Below are positions 56,919 through 63,578 of a stretch of DNA of 63,578 nt, piece after piece. Under the pieces are notes generated by a model. That model saw only the letters and a list, made by a program, of their open reading frames with translations. It was not told the DNA's origin and ran no database searches. The translations under genes were made by a program, and so were the position numbers. Origin of the DNA: a virus. Every line of letters begins with the position of its first letter. The first letter of the stretch is position 1. The stretch lies in the IMG/VR virus record IMGVR_UViG_3300030497_000009; one strand, written 5' to 3'.

Positions 56919-56947
56919 TATTATTACTCAGGCTCTCGATTATATAC
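56919..56947 (-). promoter_or_regulatory. SigmaG/SigmaF-like promoter candidate
   Basis: Minus-strand GTATA-N17-AATAATA upstream of the micro-ORF RBS. Confidence 0.4.
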
Positions 56948-57210
56948 GGAAAACGTGAAAAAGTTTTTTCCTTATGAATTAGTGAGAAAGTAGTTCTCTT
57001 CCGCGTCTTCTTCGCGTATGCTATGGTATTCATACCTAGCAACGTAAGAGATTTACAGGCAAAGATAACAGGTAAATAAAGGTAAGCTTGCGATTCCCCA
57101 CGAAATAACGTGAGGGAATTTTTCATGTCAAAATGTGAAAAAAGAGGAATCATTTTTGAACTGTGTAATATGATAGAATTATACCTAGTAAGTAGAAGGA
57201 GGTAAGCGCG

Positions 57211-57321
57211 GTGGGGTTAATTGGTTTCGTTCTATATATTGTCGGTTTTGGTTGCGTAGTTAAAGGCTCAACTGACTTAATCGTTGGTAAAGCTCGTAAG
57301 ACCAAAAACAAGGGGGAATAA
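57211..57321 (+). CDS. Hydrophobic micro-peptide, 36 aa (MGLIGFVLYIVGFGCVVKGSTDLIVGKARKTKNKGE)
   Basis: AAGGAGGT RBS, GTG start, TM segment plus basic tail. Confidence 0.6.
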   Translation: MGLIGFVLYIVGFGCVVKGSTDLIVGKARKTKNKGE

Positions 57322-57325
57322 GAAA

Positions 57326-57748
57326 GTGATGAAAAAACCTATGGAAGTTTTAGACTTTAAGTCATTTGTGAATAACAAGTACGTTATAAAGAACGAAAAA
57401 GAGTTAGTTCGCTACGAACGAAAGAAAGGTATCTATAAAACGGTAATCCGCGTTGGACTCGTTTCTATTACTCTCCTAACTTCTCTTCCTCTCCCTCCTG
57501 AAGCCGTATATGCTGCGACAACCCTAGCCGAAGCTGCTCACGAGACGCAAGGCAGTACTTGGGATAAGCTCGTTGGAAGCATGGTGAAACTCTTAGACCC
57601 TGTGGCAAAAGTATTTGGTATCATAGCCGGTATTGCGATTATGACTGGTAATGGTAAGATTGGTATTGAAAGGCTCTTCTGGTTATCGATTGGATATCTA
57701 ACTGCCCGTAAAGTTGAAGACTGGATTAACTTCCTGAATCGTATCTAA
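57326..57748 (+). CDS. TrbC/VirB2 pilin-like membrane protein
   Basis: Signal-like segment ending AVYAA, then two hydrophobic helices (VFGIIAGIAIMTGN..IG..LFWLSIGY). Confidence 0.5.
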   Translation: MMKKPMEVLDFKSFVNNKYVIKNEKELVRYERKKGIYKTVIRVGLVSITLLTSLPLPPEAVYAATTLAEAAHETQGSTWDKLVGSMVKLLDPVAKVFGIIAGIAIMTGNGKIGIERLFWLSIGYLTARKVEDWINFLNRI

Positions 57749-57762
57749 GGGGGATTATATAG

Positions 57763-57840
57763 ATGAAAACGTTTATTAAGCTTATCGAAGTCGCCTTGTT
57801 TAGTGGTATTGTAATCGTGGTTATCAACTATTTTATGTGA
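57763..57840 (+). CDS. Hydrophobic micro-peptide, 25 aa (MKTFIKLIEVALFSGIVIVVINYFM)
   Basis: AAGGGGG RBS, ATG start; fills the gap between two genes. Confidence 0.55.
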   Translation: MKTFIKLIEVALFSGIVIVVINYFM

Positions 57841-57850
57841 GGTGTCGAAA

Positions 57851-58648
57851 ATGAAAGATGGATTTTATACGATGAAAATGGTATTTGCTCAACCGGCTGT
57901 TGAAGTAGCTTCCCGCGTCGGTACGATAACAAGCCAGTTTGGCCAGCAAGAGAAGTTTAGAACGCACGTGCACCACGGTATCGATTACGCTTGCCCCACG
58001 GGTACAGAAATCCACGCGCCTGTTGATGGGATTGTGTCTGCTGTGAAAGATTATGGCGATGTAAACCTTGGTAAAGCCGTATTTGTTAAGATGGAGGATG
58101 GCCAGCAGTATGTTGTTGGTCACCTAAGCCAAACGAAAGTCGAGGTGGGTGAGCATATCGAAACGGGTGAGCTCCTAGCTCTCTCTGGTAACAGTGGACA
58201 CTCCACCGGTCCGCATCTACACTTTGGGGCGTTTAATAAAGATGGTGGCTCTATCGATCCTGGAAATGTACCGTGGTCAGCTTTCGAGAATAGTGATGTT
58301 GCTTCGAATACGACTGGTAACGTAGATTTGGGTGGACTTGACCCATCGAAAGGCATCGAGCAGATACCCGATGGTGGTTGGTTGGGGCATGCTGGTAAAT
58401 GGGTTGGTGAGCACGTACAAGGAGGAGCTAGCTGGATACTTGAGCCGGTTGGGCACGCTATCGGTGAAGCGTCGGTGGCTATACTTGTATCATTCCTCCA
58501 CGCTTTACCTTTTATACTGGTAACTGGTGGGTTTATAAGCTTTCTATTAACAATTATCTTTGCTCACCAAAAGCCTTACTTTTATGGGTTGGGTATGTGG
58601 GGAGCTAGTGCGATACTAAGGGGGATTTTCATTGAAACCGGAATCTAA
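57851..58648 (+). CDS. M23 peptidase with C-terminal transmembrane helices
   Basis: HHGIDY, GHLS, SGNSGHSTGPHLHF; hydrophobic C-terminus. Confidence 0.9.
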   Translation: MKDGFYTMKMVFAQPAVEVASRVGTITSQFGQQEKFRTHVHHGIDYACPTGTEIHAPVDGIVSAVKDYGDVNLGKAVFVKMEDGQQYVVGHLSQTKVEVGEHIETGELLALSGNSGHSTGPHLHFGAFNKDGGSIDPGNVPWSAFENSDVASNTTGNVDLGGLDPSKGIEQIPDGGWLGHAGKWVGEHVQGGASWILEPVGHAIGEASVAILVSFLHALPFILVTGGFISFLLTIIFAHQKPYFYGLGMWGASAILRGIFIETGI

Positions 58649-61256
58649 TGTCGAGCCGTTGGATTGGAGAATAGCTTTTGGGTTGGTGGAAGTAAAAGCC
58701 GACCCTATCTCCTGCTTTAAGATTATTCCTGATAAATCAATTACCAACTATTCCAACTATAAGTTCTTTAAAGATATGTCAGAGCTAGAAGGCATAAACA
58801 ACATACGTGAAAACGCGAAGAACGTTGGAAACGCGCTGACAGGCAAAGGGCTTAAGTTCGTGTACCAGCTCCAGAATAACTATATCTGGTACGAGGTGGT
58901 TATCCGTGGTGGTGAGATAAACTTTTATGTACTGTGTAGTAAGCCGAACGAAAACTTTGTAAAGGTAAAGCTGGAACAAACCTTCCCGAATGCCCCAATA
59001 GAACTGGTTGACGAAGCCGAAACGATGATGCCAGAGGAAAACACTTCCATCGCTGATTTAAAACTCCAAAGACATAACTTTTTCAGCCTACGAACAAACT
59101 ATCAAGAACAAACCCAGCCCATCGAAGACATTCTTGCCTGTGCAGAAGATGTCCAAGAAGGGGATATACTTAAGTTCTCTCTACGAGCTCAACCATACGA
59201 TAGGAATTACTGGTCTTATAAAGCTGAGGAGTGGGAGGCACAGGTAAAGAAAGGTAAAACACCGAAACGTATGCGAATAAACAAGCAGGGAATGATTAAT
59301 GGCGTATTTGGATTGAGTGACATCGCTTTCCATAAGCTAGGTGAACTATTCCGTGAGATTCACCATATTGCTTTTCGTAAAGAAGAGAAACGACAGATTA
59401 TCATTAGTCGTTCTGACTTCGATGCTCGTGAGATTGGAGAGATAACGAAGCAAACGAACTATAAGATGACTGCCCCTGTATTCCGTGCCGATATGAAAGT
59501 TGCCAGTCATAGCGAGTCCGAGAGCCGACGTGTGCTGAATATGAAGTCGTTAACGAATGCGTTTGTGGATGTGAAAGACTCGAATAATGGACTGGTACGA
59601 ACAACCATCTATGAGAAGCCAGAGAACGCGTTACAAGAAACGAAAACAGGTTTGCTTAACAAGATATTTAAACGAGAGAAAAAGCCTAAAAAAGAAAGCT
59701 CAGGGCTTAAGGAACACGCTTGGAAGAGTATCTTTAAAGAAGTTAATAACCACCGCGTTTCGCCCTTCTCAGCTTTCGATATCGATTTTAACATCCTATG
59801 TGATAAAGAGTTAGGTAAATTATCGATGCTACCAACATCGAAGCTCCAGAAGCGTTTGAACGATAAGATGGACGCGTTGACCAATACTGAAGCCCCAATC
59901 CCAGAAGAGTTCCAAAACGAAGTAGGGGTGTCGATTGGTACAGCCGAGCTAAAGGGTGAAAGCTACCCGATAACGATTCCAGTAAACAACCCCGATGAGT
60001 TTTACAAGCCGATTGTTTCCTCTGGTATTATGGGTGCTGGGAAGGATACGTTTGGTACAAACTACGTATACGAATGTGCGATGCAGGGTAATGGAGCTGT
60101 GGTGCTTGACGTAATCGATGAGGATGACCGAGGTATGACTGACTCATTACTAAAGGTGTTGCCTCCTGACCGTGTGGTGGTCTTAGACTTCTCCGATGAG
60201 GAATACGTTCCATACCTTGACTGGGCTGAAGCCGTAACGGAAGATACGAACAACCGTTTTAATAAAAGCAAATTCGCGAGTGAGTTGACGAAGTTCTTTG
60301 CTGCTGAGGAAGAAGCTGGTATTCAAACTGAAAGATATCTACGTGAAGTGGTAAAAGCGATGCGTGGTGAGTCAGTCCTTAAGATGGGCTTGCTAATGAC
60401 TTCACAGACCTTACGTGAAGAAACGATTAAGCGACTGCGTGACCAAGGCGACCTTGCCTGTGCGAGCTTTTGGGAAGCGTATGGAAATGAAGGAGAAGGT
60501 AGACAGAAGCAGATTGCCGCACCGATCCTAAACAGACTTCATAAGCTTAGTGGTGACGATGCGTTAAAGTACCTATTCGCTCAAAAACCTACTGGAAAGA
60601 TTGATTTTGATAAATGGTTAGGCGAAGGTAAAGTGATTCTTTGTAAAATGCCGAAAGACCTGTATACTTCGAACGGGATTAAGACGCTGGTACACTGGTT
60701 AACGGTAAAGGTTTGGTTAACCAAGCAAAGACAGTTCCGTGAGAAACGAATGACGGGTACAATCCTCGTACTCAACGAGTTGCACCAGCAGATGACACCA
60801 GGATTGCAACTCTCGTTGGAAGAGATTTTCCCTGAATCACGAAAATTTAAACTGGGTGTTGTTACTTTATTCCACGACCTGAAACAAATACCAAAAGACT
60901 TATTTGACATAATGGAAAGCTCTGGAGCGAACTTCGTTATCCTAAAGCAAGACGGTATGAAGGCTTGGAAACGCTTTGAGCACCGTATTAAAGAGAGCTA
61001 CGACCTCGACGAGTGTATGAGCATCGTTAACCACGAAGCTGTGATTGGATTTAAGATTAATGGAAAGGAACGGGTTATTCGAGTAAAGATGAACCACACA
61101 CCAGAGAATCGTGGAGCTAAAGTGTACGATAATAAATATTTGGTCAAAGAACACGCGAAAGCCTATTTCCAGAAGATAACCGATGTTGAAGCAGAGATAC
61201 AAGAAACGGAGTTATTACTGGTAAATGGATTCAAAAAAGACAAAAAGAAGAAATAA
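58632..61256 (+). CDS. VirD4/VirB4/HerA-FtsK-like ATPase
   Basis: GIMGAGKD Walker A, VVLD, PILNRL, LVLNELHQ Walker B variant, ESRKFKLG...HDLKQ. Confidence 0.75.
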   Translation: MKPESNVEPLDWRIAFGLVEVKADPISCFKIIPDKSITNYSNYKFFKDMSELEGINNIRENAKNVGNALTGKGLKFVYQLQNNYIWYEVVIRGGEINFYVLCSKPNENFVKVKLEQTFPNAPIELVDEAETMMPEENTSIADLKLQRHNFFSLRTNYQEQTQPIEDILACAEDVQEGDILKFSLRAQPYDRNYWSYKAEEWEAQVKKGKTPKRMRINKQGMINGVFGLSDIAFHKLGELFREIHHIAFRKEEKRQIIISRSDFDAREIGEITKQTNYKMTAPVFRADMKVASHSESESRRVLNMKSLTNAFVDVKDSNNGLVRTTIYEKPENALQETKTGLLNKIFKREKKPKKESSGLKEHAWKSIFKEVNNHRVSPFSAFDIDFNILCDKELGKLSMLPTSKLQKRLNDKMDALTNTEAPIPEEFQNEVGVSIGTAELKGESYPITIPVNNPDEFYKPIVSSGIMGAGKDTFGTNYVYECAMQGNGAVVLDVIDEDDRGMTDSLLKVLPPDRVVVLDFSDEEYVPYLDWAEAVTEDTNNRFNKSKFASELTKFFAAEEEAGIQTERYLREVVKAMRGESVLKMGLLMTSQTLREETIKRLRDQGDLACASFWEAYGNEGEGRQKQIAAPILNRLHKLSGDDALKYLFAQKPTGKIDFDKWLGEGKVILCKMPKDLYTSNGIKTLVHWLTVKVWLTKQRQFREKRMTGTILVLNELHQQMTPGLQLSLEEIFPESRKFKLGVVTLFHDLKQIPKDLFDIMESSGANFVILKQDGMKAWKRFEHRIKESYDLDECMSIVNHEAVIGFKINGKERVIRVKMNHTPENRGAKVYDNKYLVKEHAKAYFQKITDVEAEIQETELLLVNGFKKDKKKK

Positions 61257-61314
61257 CAAGTATACTGCTGACTTGTATGACGTATACTAAGATATGCGAA
61301 ACTACCAGAAACTG

Positions 61315-61343
61315 TTGTAAAATGAATGAGTCAGTAGTATACT
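61315..61343 (+). promoter_or_regulatory. SigmaA-like early promoter
   Basis: TTGTAA-N17-TATACT with the same AAACTG prefix and TAG pre-box as the other early promoters. Confidence 0.6.
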
Positions 61344-61367
61344 CAACTTATAAAACAAGCGAAGGAG

Positions 61368-61619
61368 ATGTTCATGATGGGATATCCGAGAAAAATGTGG
61401 GGTGGCGTTGAGTTTTTAGGCGTAAGAAAAGAAAATAACTATAAGGTTGTAAAGCTTGGAGCAGATGAACCGGCTGATTTACTTAAGAAAGAAGCTGTTG
61501 ACAGAGCGAAGCTAAACATGAAAGACAAACGTTATAAGTACGTTGGGGCGGAAGATGACGTTGCGTTACATGGACAGAATGAATTAGCAACTAGAGATTT
61601 TTATTTTATTAAAAAATAG
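61368..61619 (+). CDS. Hypothetical protein
   Basis: AAGGAG RBS. Confidence 0.65.
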   Translation: MFMMGYPRKMWGGVEFLGVRKENNYKVVKLGADEPADLLKKEAVDRAKLNMKDKRYKYVGAEDDVALHGQNELATRDFYFIKK

Positions 61620-61631
61620 GAGGAACCAACC

Positions 61632-61964
61632 ATGAAATTCAAAAACTCGAATAAAAACAGTATTATAATGATGATGAGTGAAAGAGAGCTAAAGAAATAC
61701 CCGAACTTCAAGAAGGAAACAACGATAGTTGACCAGAATTTACCAAGAACAGTCGAGTCAGCAGAGAAAACCATATTCGTTGATAAGAAAGCTATCAAGC
61801 TAAAGATTAAAGTGGAGCAGGAAGCCGATGTATTTAGAGCGAAGTGCGAAGCGAATAACTTTAAATTTACTGTTACGAAAACCCGTGAAATCCGCAAATA
61901 CGACGTGTTCAGGAAGATTGTTCAAAATTATGATGAAATTGCGAATAAAACTGTTGAAATGTGA
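61632..61964 (+). CDS. Hypothetical protein
   Basis: AGGAGG RBS. Confidence 0.7.
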   Translation: MKFKNSNKNSIIMMMSERELKKYPNFKKETTIVDQNLPRTVESAEKTIFVDKKAIKLKIKVEQEADVFRAKCEANNFKFTVTKTREIRKYDVFRKIVQNYDEIANKTVEM

Positions 61965-61982
61965 GTATCATAATAGTATGAT
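61954..61982 (+). promoter_or_regulatory. SigmaA-like early promoter
   Basis: TTGAAA-N17-TATGAT. Confidence 0.7.
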
Positions 61983-62024
61983 AAGGTTGTAAGATAAACC
62001 GAGTGGAAAAAGGAGAGGTTGTAA

Positions 62025-62387
62025 ATGTTATATTCTGTAACTTATAGAGCGGTTGGTAAAGGTAAAAAGACAACTATAGTAAAGGCGCGTAACGAAGAAT
62101 TAGCGGCAAAAGCGTTTAATGATCCGTCAGAGGTTGGTAAAACGGCTGAGATTAAAGAAGTTAAGAAAGCGAAGAGTATTCCTAAAGATTGGTATATAAG
62201 CTTCCAAAAGGGGCGTGAGGGCTTCCCGTTAACGGGTAAAGCTTCTGGTGAGGTTAAGTTGAGCGAAGTTGACACGGTGACGTTGGTTGTTGGCGGTAAA
62301 CGAAAGGTTGAAGTTAAGATATCTGAAATCACTGGAGCGTTTAAGCCAGGAAAAGATAAAAAGGTGATGAATCGTGGTAGTTATTGA
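62025..62387 (+). CDS. Hypothetical basic early protein
   Basis: AAGGAGAGG RBS. Confidence 0.7.
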   Translation: MLYSVTYRAVGKGKKTTIVKARNEELAAKAFNDPSEVGKTAEIKEVKKAKSIPKDWYISFQKGREGFPLTGKASGEVKLSEVDTVTLVVGGKRKVEVKISEITGAFKPGKDKKVMNRGSY

Positions 62388-62411
62388 AGCCAGTCCTAGT
62401 GACTGGTTTTT
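62387..62411 (+). terminator. Rho-independent terminator
   Basis: AAGCCAGTC/GACTGGTTT stem plus T-run. Confidence 0.75.
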
Positions 62412-62444
62412 CTTTTGCAATTTTTTAGAATTGTTGTACATAAA

Positions 62445-62477
62445 AGAGTAAAAAGTTGTGTTCTCCCCTTTTATTAG
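62445..62477 (+). promoter_or_regulatory. Phage-specific promoter motif
   Basis: AGAGTA-N21-TATTAG then ATGTAAG. Confidence 0.65.
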
Positions 62478-62548
62478 ATGTAAGTTAGTTAAGGCGAAAA
62501 CGAGAAAGACGAACGGCTTAACTAAATAAATCTGAGGAGGAAAAGATT

Positions 62549-63148
62549 TTGGCTATTAATTTGTCTAAAGGTGGTTCGATTGACCTAACGAAGAATAATC
62601 CTGGATTATCCAAAGTAACGCTTGGGTTATCTTGGGGAAAGGCTTCTTCCGGTGGTGGACTGCTTGGTGCTTTATTCGGTGGTGGTAATTCTGGCGGTGC
62701 TATTGACCTTGACTCAGCTATCTTAATGGTTGACGATGCAGGTAGAAAGTACGATTTGGTCTACTTTGGACACCGTAGAAGTCAAGGTGTTTATCACAAA
62801 GGTGATGACCGTACTGGTAATAATAAGTTTGGTGACTATGACAACGAAGAGATTGAAATTGACTTAAATAAAGTTCCGACGCATGTTACAGAGCTTAACA
62901 TTATCGCTCATATCTATAATGCTGGAAGTAAACACTTTGGTCAAGTTAAGGGCGCGTATGCTCGTGTGTTAGAAACTGACACTCGTAACGAGCTAGTACG
63001 ATACAACCTTGACGAGCAAGGTAAAGGCATTAAAGGCATGGTTGTTGGTAAGGTTTACCGATACCGTGGAGAGTGGAAATTTAAAGCTCTTGGCCAAGGT
63101 ACTTCTGAACATAACTTAAGCAATATCGTTCGTACTATTTTATCATAA
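62549..63148 (+). CDS. terD: TerD-family stress protein
   Basis: INLSKG..LTK, LGLSW, IDLD, H.GD.RTG, E.I.IDL, YR..GEWKFKALGQG. Confidence 0.9.
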   Translation: MAINLSKGGSIDLTKNNPGLSKVTLGLSWGKASSGGGLLGALFGGGNSGGAIDLDSAILMVDDAGRKYDLVYFGHRRSQGVYHKGDDRTGNNKFGDYDNEEIEIDLNKVPTHVTELNIIAHIYNAGSKHFGQVKGAYARVLETDTRNELVRYNLDEQGKGIKGMVVGKVYRYRGEWKFKALGQGTSEHNLSNIVRTILS

Positions 63149-63175
63149 AACTAACTATTATTGGAGGAATTTATA

Positions 63176-63578
63176 ATGGAAAAATTTACTGAGCGTGACA
63201 CTAAAAAGGTAATTCTTGCTGGATATGAAAAAGCGGTTGAGGAGTTAAAAGCTCTTAAAGCTGGTAAGTTCGATCCTGCTGCTGATGCTAAACAAAAAGC
63301 GGTTGCTAAAACGGTTGCTAATGCTGATGAAACGGCTACTGGTACAAACGTTGAAGAAACAATCTTAAATCTTAAAAAGCAACTTGGAACTGTGTTAGAT
63401 GGTATCTCTACTGACATCGCGAACCAAGTAAAATCGTACTCTGATGTCCAAGAAGCTATCAAAATTAAAGAAGCTGAGCTCAAAGAGTTGTTTGCGATTG
63501 AGAAAGAAGCGAACGCGGTTGTTGCTTTAATCAACGCGAAAGAAGCTATTGCGAAAGATTACGATGCAGAGCATGCTG
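63176..63578 (+). CDS. Coiled-coil protein, 3'-truncated by the window edge
   Basis: GGAGG RBS; reads MEKFTERDTKKVILAGYEKAVEEL... and stays open to the end. Confidence 0.7.
   Translation, partial: MEKFTERDTKKVILAGYEKAVEELKALKAGKFDPAADAKQKAVAKTVANADETATGTNVEETILNLKKQLGTVLDGISTDIANQVKSYSDVQEAIKIKEAELKELFAIEKEANAVVALINAKEAIAKDYDAEHA

Noticed and set aside
57120-57170. SigmaH-like promoter (AGGA-N17-TAAT) and near Spo0A box TGTCAAA upstream of the membrane module
   Set aside because: Each has a mismatch to a short consensus and could occur by chance; too weak to call.
1794-63534. Many minus-strand and nested ORFs in the supplied track (e.g. 21519-22094, 35221-35646, 63151-63534)
   Set aside because: They are shadows of well-supported plus-strand genes and show no recognisable motifs.

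Overview
A 63.6 kb, almost entirely plus-strand segment of a large Bacillus-type phage genome. The gene order is SPO1/SP10/Herelleviridae-like; this is recognised from protein motifs, not from a database search. Modules from left to right: (1) ~1-18.5 kb, eight beta-helix tailspike/depolymerase-like genes plus a small accessory gene, five sharing one ~95-aa module. (2) An AT-rich gap, then replication, recombination and nucleotide genes: SF2 helicase, HNH endonuclease, dCMP deaminase, HTH initiator-like protein, DnaB-like helicase, SbcD/SbcC, primase, dUTPase, thymidine kinase, resolvase, class II RNR. (3) A regulator cluster with sigma-like, PC4-like and Myb/RsfA-like proteins. (4) A 5-hydroxymethyluracil DNA hypermodification locus: dUMP hydroxymethylase, 5-hmdU DNA kinase, two paralogous P-loop kinases separated by an endonuclease, a HAD phosphatase and a DUF1599/MazG-like protein. 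It also holds an unusual 718-aa fusion of a divergent thymidylate-synthase fold to a cysteine-less SPL-type radical-SAM fold, the best candidate here for a new system. (5) HU, UDG-PolA, SSB (with a structured RNA leader), RecA, 5'-3' exonuclease and a second sigma factor. (6) A conjugation-like membrane module (VirB2-like, M23, VirD4/VirB4-like ATPase) with five unannotated hydrophobic micro-ORFs and a forespore-sigma-like promoter. (7) TerD. Two recurrent promoter classes are visible: 13 copies of a phage-specific motif and 5 sigmaA-like copies. I saw no tRNA, rRNA or CRISPR array.
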